NCBI GenBank assembly: GCA_963797095.1
Contig: CAWCNY010000004.1
Span: 128,001-192,000 of the forward strand
Length of the DNA stretch: 64,000 nt
Origin: an uncultured Chloroflexia bacterium
GTDB taxonomy: Bacteria > Chloroflexota > Chloroflexia > QHBQ01 > JADMIH01
Direction: 5' to 3'
Shown here in pieces: positions 19,852 through 29,361 of this stretch. The notes beneath the pieces were generated by a model that was given only the letters and a program-made list of their open reading frames with translations, searched no databases and was not told the origin of the DNA. Positions within the stretch are counted from its first letter, which is position 1, and each line of letters starts with the position of its first letter. The translations under genes and the position numbers were made by a program.

Positions 19852-19937
19852 GCCGAGGTGGCGGAATCGGCAGACGCGCTAGGTTGAGGGCCTAGTCCCC
19901 GATTGAGGGGGTAAGGGTTCAAATCCCTTCCTCGGCA
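19852..19937 (+). tRNA. tRNA-Leu(GAG)
   Basis: GCCGAGG stem, CTAGG-TT-GAG-GG-CCTAG, long variable arm, GGTTCAAATCC. Confidence 0.96.
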
Positions 19938-19949
19938 CAACAGCACAGC

Positions 19950-20023
19950 GGGCGATTAGCTCAGTTGGTCAGAGCGCTTCGTTTACACCGAAGAAGTCGG
20001 GGGTTCGAGCCCCTCATCGCCCA
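19950..20023 (+). tRNA. tRNA-Val(TAC)
   Basis: GGGCGAT stem, CTTCG-TT-TAC-AC-CGAAG, GGTTCGAGCCC. Confidence 0.96.
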
Positions 20024-20054
20024 CAACTCCGTTCGCCCGCATTCATTGAGATAG

Positions 20055-20082
20055 GCCCGTTCGCACTGCGAACGGGTTTCTT
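20055..20082 (+). terminator. Intrinsic terminator after tRNA-Val
   Basis: GCCCGTTCGC-ACT-GCGAACGGGT then TTCTT. Confidence 0.7.
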
Positions 20083-20099
20083 GGTTCTGCGCTGACCTC

Positions 20100-20128
20100 T
20101 TGCAAAATTTGCGATCCCCTCTTAGAAT
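20100..20128 (+). promoter_or_regulatory. sigma70-type promoter of sensor kinase
   Basis: TTGCAA-N17-TAGAAT. Confidence 0.55.
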
Positions 20129-20173
20129 GGAAATGTCGTTATTTCTGACTGCCATAGCATTTGACCAACTAAA

Positions 20174-22147
20174 TTGACAGCATACGAACTGATTAACTAC
20201 GCAACATGGGCTGTGTATCTGGTTATTTTCGTGAGCACGGCAATAAAAGCTGTGCGCCGCCCCTTGCGCGCTAATATTGATATTGCCCTCTTCTTTCTTG
20301 TCCCAACGCTGATTGTACTTCAATCAACGCTCCGGCTAATTGGCGTAGAACCAAGTTCGTCGCTGATTACCAGCGTCGCAATTTCATTGTATCCACTGAT
20401 GGTTTACATGCTTTTCAGGTTAGTTGACGACTTTTCTGATGTGCCTCCCTGGTTACTGCGCGCCGCCGAGGCAGCGCTCACACTTCTGATAGTGGGGGCT
20501 TTCACACTGTCGCCTGTGCCCGGGTGGTATATCTTTGGACTGCTTGCATATCTCATGATCCTGGTGGTTTATTCTGCCGCAGCATTCATCAAAGAAGCGC
20601 GCCGCACCAGAGGTGTAACCAGTCGCAGAATGAGCGCAGCAGCGGCAGGTACGCTTTTCTTATGTTTGTTCTTTGGAATAGCCGCCCTCGGCATACCATT
20701 CCCTGGGCTGCGGGAAATATGGCAACCGCTAATCTCGCTCGCTGCCCTCGCATCTGGTATTTGCTATTTCATTGGATTTAGGCCGCCTGCAATTCTGCGG
20801 AGCGCCTGGCAAGAGCCCGAACTGCGCTCATTTCTCAGCCGGACCGCCAGCCTGCCCCGCCTGCCGTCTACTGAAGCGATTATCGAAGAATTGGAACGGG
20901 GCGCGGCCGACTCGATTGGCACACAAGAGGCAGATATCGGAATTTGGGATGAGTCGGAGAAAGCGCTTCGGTTCTTAAGGGCGGGAGGCGAAGCACTGGT
21001 TCCAGCCAATTACGAAAGTCTCTCCGGCAAAGCATTTCTCCAGCAGAAAGTGATGTTCACTAACAACGTGCTCAGAGATAGTCCCCTGACGTCGCGGCTA
21101 GGCAATCCGAAACAAGTCAAAGTGTTAATTGCCGCACCAATATCAACTGAAGCACGGCGGGTTGGTGTGCTAGTGACCTATGCCAGTCACGTGCCGATAT
21201 TCGCGGACGAAGATATGAGGCTTATCAAGTTGCTGGCCGATCAGGCCGCGGCTATCCTTGAGAGTCGTGCGCTCATTGATGAAGCAACTCATGTAAGGAC
21301 CAGGGAAGAGGTAACACGGCTTAAAGAAGACTTCCTCTCTGCAGCGGCGCACGACCTGAAGACTCCTCTTACCACACTGGTTGCTCAGGCACAATTGATG
21401 CTACGGCGTGCGGAGCGCAATCCCAATGCCCAGGTAGATCGCGAAGGAATAAGCACTATTGAGCGTGAAGCAACCAGACTTAAGGGCCTGGTCCTTGAAC
21501 TACTTGATGCGGCACGCGCCGAGGAAGGCAAGTTACTGAGCGACTCGGAGGAAACGGACCTTGTGGCGTTGGCCCGTGAGGTTGGCGCTCGGTACAATTC
21601 CGAGCGGCACCCATTCCGTATTGAATCGGGAGAACTACTCCTAGGACGCTTCGACGCGAACCGAATACGCCAGATGCTGACCAACCTGGCCGAGAATGCG
21701 GTTAAGTACAGTCCAGAAGGCGGAGAGGTAGTAATGAAGGCGTGGGCGGACGGGCAGAAAGCCTTCATTTCGGTTCAAGACAACGGTATTGGCATTCCCC
21801 ATGAGGACTTGCCTCATATTTTTGAGAGGTTTCACAGGGGGAGGAATGTGAACGACCGCCGGTTTGCGGGCATGGGTCTAGGCCTGTACATATGTTATGA
21901 GATTGCCAAGCAGCACGGTGGCAACATCACGGTAACAAGTCGACCTCGTCAAGGCACCACTTTTACGGTTGAGCTTCCCATTTATGGTGCAAAGTCCAGT
22001 GAGGACATGACTGCACCGATTCTACCGACGAACGAACAGATCGAGTCGAGGCACGAGCGCACGCTTGCATCTTTCGACAACGCATTAGTACGTGATTCAC
22101 CGACCAGACAGGTACCGGTCACATCGCAGGAAGAGAGTCAAGCATAG
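20174..22147 (+). CDS. Membrane sensor histidine kinase (multi-TM, GAF, HisKA, HATPase)
   Basis: About 7 TM helices, GAF ending LADQAA, AAHDLKTPLT, NLAENAVKYS, DNGIGI, GMGLGL. Confidence 0.94.
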   Translation: MTAYELINYATWAVYLVIFVSTAIKAVRRPLRANIDIALFFLVPTLIVLQSTLRLIGVEPSSSLITSVAISLYPLMVYMLFRLVDDFSDVPPWLLRAAEAALTLLIVGAFTLSPVPGWYIFGLLAYLMILVVYSAAAFIKEARRTRGVTSRRMSAAAAGTLFLCLFFGIAALGIPFPGLREIWQPLISLAALASGICYFIGFRPPAILRSAWQEPELRSFLSRTASLPRLPSTEAIIEELERGAADSIGTQEADIGIWDESEKALRFLRAGGEALVPANYESLSGKAFLQQKVMFTNNVLRDSPLTSRLGNPKQVKVLIAAPISTEARRVGVLVTYASHVPIFADEDMRLIKLLADQAAAILESRALIDEATHVRTREEVTRLKEDFLSAAAHDLKTPLTTLVAQAQLMLRRAERNPNAQVDREGISTIEREATRLKGLVLELLDAARAEEGKLLSDSEETDLVALAREVGARYNSERHPFRIESGELLLGRFDANRIRQMLTNLAENAVKYSPEGGEVVMKAWADGQKAFISVQDNGIGIPHEDLPHIFERFHRGRNVNDRRFAGMGLGLYICYEIAKQHGGNITVTSRPRQGTTFTVELPIYGAKSSEDMTAPILPTNEQIESRHERTLASFDNALVRDSPTRQVPVTSQEESQA

Positions 22148-22521
22148 TGGCTGCCCTGGACCCGCTCAAACCGATCCTGGTCGTCGAGGACGATCCTCAA
22201 ATTCTGAATACTGTGGCAGCGATTCTGGAGCTGGAAGGGTATTCGGTCGAGCGTGCCAGCAACGGTGAAGAAGGGCTTGGAATAATCGAACGTGTACTGC
22301 CGCGCCTGGTTCTCCTTGATATGAGGATGCCGGTCCTGGACGGTTGGGGATTTGTGCACGCGCTCAAAGAGCGTGGGATAAAGCTGCCGATTCTTGTAAT
22401 GACAGCTGCGCATGATGCGCGACGGTGGGCGAACGAAGTCGAGGCAGAAGGTTACCTCGCGAAACCTTTCGATTTGACGGACCTGCTGGAGGCTGTAGAG
22501 AAGTTCCAGGCATCAGCTTGA
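22147..22521 (+). CDS. Single-domain response regulator (receiver only)
   Basis: ILVVEDD, LLDMRMP, TA, KPFD. Confidence 0.93.
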   Translation: MAALDPLKPILVVEDDPQILNTVAAILELEGYSVERASNGEEGLGIIERVLPRLVLLDMRMPVLDGWGFVHALKERGIKLPILVMTAAHDARRWANEVEAEGYLAKPFDLTDLLEAVEKFQASA

Positions 22522-22546
22522 CACTCGTGAACTGAGCGAGTAAAAT
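22518..22546 (+). promoter_or_regulatory. sigma70 promoter of tRNA-Phe
   Basis: TTGACA-N17-TAAAAT overlapping the regulator stop codon. Confidence 0.8.
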
Positions 22547-22586
22547 TGTTCCTTAGACGGTGCAGCATGCCGTCTTTCTTTAACCC

Positions 22587-22659
22587 GCCGAGGTAGCTCA
22601 GTTGGTAGAGCATGCGACTGAAAATCGTAGGGTCGCCAGTTCGAGTCTGGCCCTCGGCA
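22587..22659 (+). tRNA. tRNA-Phe(GAA)
   Basis: GCCGAGG stem, TGCGA-CT-GAA-AA-TCGTA, AGTTCGAGTCT. Confidence 0.96.
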
Positions 22660-22890
22660 CAATTGGTGGAAATGATTTATATTCTGCTCACTGCCTCCTA
22701 TTTAGACAATCCGGCCAGTCGCCACGCTGCCTCCACAGGTTACTCGACCAATGGATTTGTACTCATATCCTAGCTTCTAGCTGCATAGACTGCATGGGTT
22801 CGCAGGCCTGCTTTCCATCATCACCAGCAAGTCGGATCGGTCACTTGCACAGGGGTATGGGGGTACTTTGTCCTGCTGTATTGTCGCACT

Positions 22891-23923
22891 CCGGTATGCC
22901 GACATGCTAGATAGGGAAGGCAAGCTGCTTGAGGTGCAAGAAGCCTGCCTTACCAGTGAGACGGTTTATACAGATAGATAGGGTGTGCGCAGCCAACTTG
23001 CTGTGCAGGCGAGTACACAGCCCTGAGAAGGTGTAAGCGTGCGTGACCTCGATGTTGAACTGGTCGGTGAGTTGACCATTCACCGTCTCAACACTCTGCC
23101 GAACACTCGAACACTGTTGATCTGCTACGACACCAGTTGCTGCACGAACACCGGCATTCGGCTGATGGGGTGGCCCTTGTGGCAGCACAACTGCTCAGTC
23201 AGATACTCATCGATGAAGCCTTTGTCAGCCACAACGTCCAAGTGGAAGTGCCCCCCAACAACGAGGCACCTGCTTCATGCTCGGCCACGTTCTCGGCCAC
23301 CAGTTCGAAGTTGAGAATTGCCCCTCCCAATGTAGCGAGCAAATGTGTAGTGAGCAAATGCAGTTTGTAGCGGAAGATAGTCTTCTTCTTGGTGCACACA
23401 CGCCCAAAGGCAGCGCCACTTCCGAGCCATTCCCCACGTCGGTGGGAGCCTGGTACCAGATGGAAGCCGATTACTTCCACAGGCAAGCTGTCAAGCACAC
23501 ACTGACGGTCATGAGCCAGATCCAAGTTGGCCAAAGCTATGCGCCTGACCAGATTGAAAGCCTCAGAGAGATTGCGCCGCCTCCTGTTGAAGCGGCTCTG
23601 AGACGGTATACGAGGGAAGAGGTTGAGGTGGCGATAGGAGGCCCAGTTGCTGAGTAGTTCCGTTTCCACATCCCACCCCTTGCACTCGCCAACCAGAGCC
23701 ATGGTCATCAACTCTTGGTCCGAGCAATCGGGTTGGGAGCTGGGCGGCTGAAGCGGTGGGATACTCCCTTCCAGATGTCATCAACCATGCAGTACATGTG
23801 TAAGCACAAATCCTCAAAATCGTCTATCATTGAGCTACCCTCCAGTGTTGGTATGTGTGTGAATACCCGCTTACCTATCACATCGAAGATTTGCGTGTCA
23901 AAGCTACTTATCTAGCATACCGG
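22891..23923 (-). mobile_element. Decayed IS982-family insertion sequence
   Basis: About 1 kb; right end TATCTAGCATACCGG (23909-23923) is the inverse of left CCGGTATGC..TAGATA (interrupted by 8 bp); encloses transposase fragments. Confidence 0.7.
22907..23830 (-). pseudogene. Frameshifted IS982-family DDE transposase
   Basis: Fragments in different frames: MIDDFEDLCLHMYCMVDD / FPRIPSQSRFNRRRRNL..VLDSLP..YKLHL / QSVETVNGQL..R..SKLAAHT. Confidence 0.8.
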
Positions 23924-24000
23924 CCTATTAGTATTCGAAGCAGGATAAGATAAGGCACTGGGTTTGCTTTCTTGCCGTTGGTATTAATGAATAGGCATTA

Positions 24001-24034
24001 GAATAGCTCGGGCAAGAAGATGCCTGAGCTATTC
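24001..24034. terminator. Strong hairpin downstream of tetR (possible terminator)
   Basis: GAATAGCTCGGGCA / TGCCTGAGCTATTC 14-bp stem; U-tail is weak. Confidence 0.4.
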
Positions 24035-24154
24035 CTTAGAGGGCTGTTACGGGCATACTTCAAAGTGCGTACCAGCGATTCGCCAGGCGATCCATCTTAT
24101 GTAGAAGTCCAGCCGGCTCCGTGCACTACTGCCGAATTGCTGGTATTGTGTGTA

Positions 24155-24769
24155 TTAACTACGAGGCCAATTTTTCAGGAGAATAGCACCGGCCTCTTTT
24201 GCTTCGCGGGCCGCCTTGCGATTCCCCTCATTGGCAGAAACAATGCAGCCTTTCATCAGAAAATGCCATGTTTGGGCGAACCGCTCAGTCTCGCATAGCC
24301 CCGCTTGAGTTGCCTGGTTCGCGATTATCTTGCGAATCTCGGCCAATTGGAATGCGGCAGCCTGGTGAGCAAGGCTGTTGGGCGGTGACTCCAGCAGTAC
24401 ATTAATAAACGAGCAACCCTCAAAATCCGTCTTCTGGAACCATTCATCAAAAATGTCGAATATTGCCAACAGGCGCTCTACCGGTGCCTCACTTGCTGCC
24501 AATAGCTGGGCTTCGAGCCATCGGCGTGTCCAAATGGATGCCCGCATTTCGAGGAAAGCCAGGATCAGGTCTTCCTTCGACTTAAAATGCCTATAAAGGC
24601 TCATTTTCGCCACGCCGGACCTGGCGATAATAGCGTCGATGCCTACAGATTGTGTACCGAATTGAGAGAATAGATAGTAAGCCGCATTCAAAATGCGTTC
24701 TCTAGCTCCAATGGCCAATCTGCCCTTATTTGAGGTGGGTTCCTTTAACACCATGTCGCTACGCAGCAC
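24155..24769 (-). CDS. TetR/AcrR family transcriptional regulator
   Basis: RERILNAA..LF, GIDAII..SGVAKMSLYRHFKSKEDL, GCSFIN; divergent from the hydrogenase operon. Confidence 0.94.
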   Translation of the reverse strand: MLRSDMVLKEPTSNKGRLAIGARERILNAAYYLFSQFGTQSVGIDAIIARSGVAKMSLYRHFKSKEDLILAFLEMRASIWTRRWLEAQLLAASEAPVERLLAIFDIFDEWFQKTDFEGCSFINVLLESPPNSLAHQAAAFQLAEIRKIIANQATQAGLCETERFAQTWHFLMKGCIVSANEGNRKAAREAKEAGAILLKNWPRS

Positions 24770-24948
24770 GCACCGGATTGGAGATCTGACCTCCGGTTAG
24801 GTGGTCTGCTATTCACAAGATGAATTGCACAGCAAGACGCAGACGCATTACAATCAGAGCTATTATACCACAGAAACTGGTTCGCATTGTCCATGTATTG
24901 ACCGACAGGGGCGACATCCTGATTAAACTCCTCCATGCATTTTGCCTA

Positions 24949-24977
24949 TTGACACGACACTGCCTCTATGATAAACT
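24949..24977 (+). promoter_or_regulatory. sigma70 promoter with extended -10
   Basis: TTGACA-N17-TAAACT preceded by TG. Confidence 0.65.
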
Positions 24978-25298
24978 TGCCCCACCGAGTTGGTCCCTTC
25001 CCCTTCGCCGCGCATCGACAGCGCGCTTTTTAGTCTCAGGCTAGCAGCGAGGATCAGCTCAAGTTTCAGGAGTATGGGTCTTTAAGCGCGGATTTAGGCA
25101 ATGATGCAGCGCTCCCGACTTACAAGTAGTGCCTGGGTCAAGATGATTTCATCTCCAATCCAGGCCGTCCACTACAACTTCACTTTCTTCTTCTGTCTCA
25201 CCTGCCTATCCCTTATTATCTCGCTTGGATCCGACCCCTGAGGTCGCGGCTTCGCCGTTTCCGAACTGGCCCTTTTAGAGACTGATCGAAGCGCCCTT

Positions 25299-25358
25299 CT
25301 GGCATATTTCTTGCTCTAGTTTCGGAAACCTGATCTTCCTCATGGCATCTTTCTCGCT
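25299..25358 (+). promoter_or_regulatory. Tandem sigma54-like -24/-12 motifs upstream of hydrogenase
   Basis: CTGGCAT-N5-TTGCT (25299-25315) and TGGCAT-N5-TCGCT (25343-25358). Confidence 0.45.
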
Positions 25359-25381
25359 AGTGGTACCAGCGCCAAGTTTGA

Positions 25382-25401
25382 TAGAAAGACCTGTCTTTCT
25401 A
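25382..25401. promoter_or_regulatory. Perfect palindrome, putative TetR operator
   Basis: TAGAAAGAC-CT-GTCTTTCTA, 66 bp before the hhyS ATG. Confidence 0.6.
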
Positions 25402-25467
25402 CGTATTTGATCGGCGAAGCGACAGTTTGACTCAATGTTGAGACAGATTTAGAAAGGAGGTTTGACG

Positions 25468-26541
25468 ATGGCGACAGAAACGGTTCCCTATGGCAGGAAA
25501 ACGCAGCGCCCATCGCCGGTAAAGGAGGTCCACATTGTGTGGATGACTACCGGGCTGGGTTGCGACGGCGATTCGGTATCGATCACGGCGGCAACTCAGC
25601 CAAGCGTTGAGGATGTGGTGCTTGGAGCAATCCCCGGACTTCCCAAGGTGCATCTTCACAACCCCGTGTTGGCGTATGAAGTAGGCGACGATTTCATGAA
25701 GTACTGGCACGATGCAGCGGCAGGCAATCTCGATCCTTTTGTGCTCGTGCTCGAAGGCTCAATTCCCAACGAAAAAATCAAGAAAGAGGGCTATTGGGCA
25801 GCGATGGGCACGGACAAAGCCAGCGGACAGCCTATCACGACTAACGAATGGATTGACCGCCTGGCACCCAAAGCATTCGCCATCGTCTGCGCAGGTACAT
25901 GCGCCACTTACGGGGGGATCCATGCCATGGCGGGCAACCCGACCGGTGCGATGGGAGTGGCGGACTACCTGGGATGGGACTGGAAGTCGAAGGCGGGCCT
26001 GCCGATAATCAATGTGCCGGGTTGTCCAGTACAGCCCGACAACTTCATGGAAACACTCCTCTATCTCCTCTACCAGGCGGCGGGACTTGCTCCAATGATC
26101 CCGCTCGACAAAGCGCTACGCCCCACCTGGCTCTTCGGCAAGACTGTTCACGAAGGGTGCGACAGGGCAGGTTACTATGAGCAGGCGGATTTCGCTACCG
26201 AATATGGCTCTCCGAAGTGCCTGGTGAAGATCGGGTGTTGGGGTCCTGTCGTGAATTGCAACGTGCCCAAGCGTGGGTGGATGGCAGGCATCGGGGGATG
26301 TCCTAACGTTGGTGGCATTTGCATAGGCTGCACGATGCCGGGCTTCCCGGACAAGTTTATGCCCTTCATGGACGAGCCACCGGGCAGCAGGGTTTCATCG
26401 AACTGGATCAAGGTCGTCTATGGTCCCATGATCCGCAAGCTTAGAAGTTTCACTAATGAGACCGCCAATAAGGAGCCTTCCTGGCGAAAGAAGGGCCCAA
26501 CGCTGACCACAGGCTACCAGCCGACGACGTACGGGAAGTAA
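25468..26541 (+). CDS. hhyS: Group 1h [NiFe]-hydrogenase small subunit
   Basis: AAGGAGG SD; no Tat signal; GLGCDGD (3Cys-1Asp proximal cluster), GTCATYGGI, VPGCP, HEGCDR, CLVKIGCWGP, GICIGC. Confidence 0.95.
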   Translation: MATETVPYGRKTQRPSPVKEVHIVWMTTGLGCDGDSVSITAATQPSVEDVVLGAIPGLPKVHLHNPVLAYEVGDDFMKYWHDAAAGNLDPFVLVLEGSIPNEKIKKEGYWAAMGTDKASGQPITTNEWIDRLAPKAFAIVCAGTCATYGGIHAMAGNPTGAMGVADYLGWDWKSKAGLPIINVPGCPVQPDNFMETLLYLLYQAAGLAPMIPLDKALRPTWLFGKTVHEGCDRAGYYEQADFATEYGSPKCLVKIGCWGPVVNCNVPKRGWMAGIGGCPNVGGICIGCTMPGFPDKFMPFMDEPPGSRVSSNWIKVVYGPMIRKLRSFTNETANKEPSWRKKGPTLTTGYQPTTYGK

Positions 26542-26648
26542 AGCGTGAAACGTGAAGCGCGCATGTGGTAGGCGAATATTACGCGTCACGTGGTGCGCAT
26601 GACGGGAGCGCCTTCTACACTTCACAATAGCATAGAGGAGACAACACT

Positions 26649-28448
26649 ATGGCAGTGACTACGGAACCCAAAGGTGAGGCGGGGACAGGAGGTCGTCAGC
26701 TTGTCGAGATGTCCTGGGACCCGATCACCCGCATCGTCGGCAGCCTGGGCATCTATACAAAGATAGATTTCGCCAACCGCCAGGTGGCCGAGTGCTTCAG
26801 CACATCGTCAATATTCCGCGGCTATAGCATATTCATGAAGGGCAAGGACCCTCGCGACGCGCACTTCATTACGAGCCGTATCTGCGGCATCTGTGGCGAC
26901 AACCATGCCACGTGCGCGACCTATGCACAAAACATGGCGTTTGGGGTGCGGCCACCCGCTCTAGGCGAATGGATTGTCAATCTGGGTGAAGCCGCCGAGT
27001 ATATGTTCGATCACAACATCTTCCAGGATAACCTGGTGGGGGTCGATTTCTGCGAGCAGATGGTGAAGGAGACCAACCCCTCAGTGTGGGAGAAGGCCAA
27101 GAAGACCGAGGCCCCCCACGCCGCCGATCATGGCTACCGCACCATTGCCGACATTATGACGGCGCTGAACCCCTTCACCGGAGAATTTTACCGCGAGACT
27201 CTGCACGTGAGTCGCTACACCCGCGAAGCGTTCTGCCTGATGGAGGGGCGGCACGTTCACCCATCCACGCTTTATCCCGGCGGCGTGGGAACGGTGCCAA
27301 CAGTGCAGCTTTTCACCGACTATATGGTCAGGCTCATGCGCTATGTAGAGTTTATGAAGAAGGTCGTGCCCCTGCACGACGACCTGTTCGACTTCTTCTA
27401 CGAGGCGCTGCCCGGTTATGAACACGTCGGCGAGCGGAGGATACTGCTTGGCTGCTGGGGATCGTTCAATGATCCGGACCATTGTGACTATACCTACAGG
27501 AAGATGGCCGACTGGGGCCGCAAGATGTTCGTTACTCCGGGCGTAGTAGTGGACGGAGAATTGGTCACGACAAGCCTGGTAGATATCAACCTGGGGATAC
27601 GCATTCTGCTCGGTAGCTCGTATTATGAGGACTGGCAGAACGCCGAGACCTTCGTGAAGAACGATCCCCTCGGCAACCCTGTCGACCAGAGGCACCCCTG
27701 GAACCAAACTACCATCCCCAAGCCGCAAAAGCGCGATTTCGGCAGCAACTACACCTGGGTTATGTCGCCTCGATGGTTCGACAAGCGCACAGGCGACTAC
27801 CTTGCTCTCGACACGGGCGGTGGCCCCATCGCCCGCCTTTGGGCGACGGCCCTCGCCAACCTGGTAGATATCGGATATATCAAGTCTACCGGCCATAGCG
27901 TGAAAATATATCTGCCTCCGACGGCTCTTAAGCCTGAGATGGAATTGGAGTGGCAGATCCCCAAGTGGAGCAACGCCATCGAGCGCGATCGTGCCCGCAC
28001 CTATTTCCAGGCCTATGCGGCGGCTGCGGCGCTCCACTTCATGGAGAAGGCCCTGGCTGAGCTACATGCAGGCAGGACGAAGGTTTGGAACGACTTCAAG
28101 GTACCCGAAGAGGCAATAGGCTGCGGTTTCCATGAGGCAGTACGCGGCGTGCTTTCGCACCACGTAGTGATTCGCGACGGCAAGATCGCCAACTATCACC
28201 CCTACCCGCCAACACCGTGGAACGCCAACCCGCGTGACGTATACGGTACACCCGGCCCTTACGAGGACGCTGTACAAAACACACCGATCTTCGAGGAGAA
28301 TGGTCCGGACAAGTTCAAAGGCATAGATATCATGCGTGCTGTGCGTAGCTTCGATCCGTGCCTCCCGTGTGGTGTGCACATGTATCTGGGTGAGGGCAAG
28401 ACGCTCGAACTTCACCATTCGCCCATGTTCGGAGTGCAGCCGGAATGA
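26649..28448 (+). CDS. hhyL: Group 1h [NiFe]-hydrogenase large subunit
   Basis: L1 TSRICGICGDNH and L2 SFDPCLPCGVH signatures; WDPITRIVGSLG. Confidence 0.97.
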   Translation: MAVTTEPKGEAGTGGRQLVEMSWDPITRIVGSLGIYTKIDFANRQVAECFSTSSIFRGYSIFMKGKDPRDAHFITSRICGICGDNHATCATYAQNMAFGVRPPALGEWIVNLGEAAEYMFDHNIFQDNLVGVDFCEQMVKETNPSVWEKAKKTEAPHAADHGYRTIADIMTALNPFTGEFYRETLHVSRYTREAFCLMEGRHVHPSTLYPGGVGTVPTVQLFTDYMVRLMRYVEFMKKVVPLHDDLFDFFYEALPGYEHVGERRILLGCWGSFNDPDHCDYTYRKMADWGRKMFVTPGVVVDGELVTTSLVDINLGIRILLGSSYYEDWQNAETFVKNDPLGNPVDQRHPWNQTTIPKPQKRDFGSNYTWVMSPRWFDKRTGDYLALDTGGGPIARLWATALANLVDIGYIKSTGHSVKIYLPPTALKPEMELEWQIPKWSNAIERDRARTYFQAYAAAAALHFMEKALAELHAGRTKVWNDFKVPEEAIGCGFHEAVRGVLSHHVVIRDGKIANYHPYPPTPWNANPRDVYGTPGPYEDAVQNTPIFEENGPDKFKGIDIMRAVRSFDPCLPCGVHMYLGEGKTLELHHSPMFGVQPE

Positions 28449-29353
28449 CAAGCCCAGAAGAGCAGGATTTCCAACGCCTCGTTGGTCGGATCGAGGTGCT
28501 GGTCGGGGAGATCGAGCGATTCCCCGACCCCGACGTCCGGGCCAACGTTCAGGAGCTTGTGCAGGCCCTAATGGACCTGCACGGCGCCGGGCTTGAACGG
28601 ATGCTGGAAGTCATCTGGGGAAAAGGAGAGGCGGGGCAGGTTATCATCGATGATTTGGGTCGTGACGACCTGGTCGGCGGCCTGCTTCTCCTGCATGGCC
28701 TGCACCCTCTTGACCTGGAGACGCGTGTCCAACAGGCATTGGACAAGGTTAGGCCCTATCTGGCGTCACACGGCGGCAACGTCGAGTTGATAGCTGTGAA
28801 CGAAGGAGTTGTTCGGCTGCGGCTCCAGGGAAGTTGCAACGGCTGTGCCTCCTCGGCCGTGACCCTCAAGCTCGCAATCGAGGAGTCCCTTCAGGAATAT
28901 GCCCCAGACATCGTAGAGCTGAAGGTAGAAGGAGTAGTTCCTCCTCCCGCCCCGCCCGCAGGCTTCATCCCGCTGACACAGATACGCCCCAAGGTGGCGG
29001 CCACCTCCACCGGAGGAGACTTCGACGCCGGAGGTTGGCAGCAGGTGAACGGCCTGGTAGCGGACGGCGTGGATGGTCTTGATGTTCTTGAAGTAGGTGG
29101 GTCTAGAGTGCTCTTCTGCCGCTTGAACAACACACTTTATGCCTACGCCGATGCCTGCACTCATTGCGGCTCGTTCCTGAAGGTGGCTCATCTGAGCGGG
29201 GCTCTTCTCACCTGCCCGGCCTGCGAATACAGGTATGATATCATGAGAGCGGGCCGCTGCCTGGACGAACCGGACCGGCACCTGGAGCCATTCCCGTTGC
29301 TGGTAGAAGGTGGACGCGTGAAAGTGGCCTTACCCGCACTTACCGTAAGCTAA
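28445..29353 (+). CDS. hhyE: NifU-like/Rieske-like FeS protein associated with group 1h hydrogenase
   Basis: LLLLHGLHP, VRPYL.SHGGNVEL, CNGC, C-terminal CTHC and CPAC..YD..G. Confidence 0.85.
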   Translation: MTSPEEQDFQRLVGRIEVLVGEIERFPDPDVRANVQELVQALMDLHGAGLERMLEVIWGKGEAGQVIIDDLGRDDLVGGLLLLHGLHPLDLETRVQQALDKVRPYLASHGGNVELIAVNEGVVRLRLQGSCNGCASSAVTLKLAIEESLQEYAPDIVELKVEGVVPPPAPPAGFIPLTQIRPKVAATSTGGDFDAGGWQQVNGLVADGVDGLDVLEVGGSRVLFCRLNNTLYAYADACTHCGSFLKVAHLSGALLTCPACEYRYDIMRAGRCLDEPDRHLEPFPLLVEGGRVKVALPALTVS

Positions 29354-29361
29354 CAACTACT

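Noticed and set aside
22602-22910. 102-aa ORF, and similar ORFs at 15881-16346 and 19961-20323
   Set aside because: They overlap tRNA genes and are translation artefacts
24035-24060. IS-like end TTAGAGGGCTGTTACGGG
   Set aside because: No partner inverted repeat or transposase fragment found
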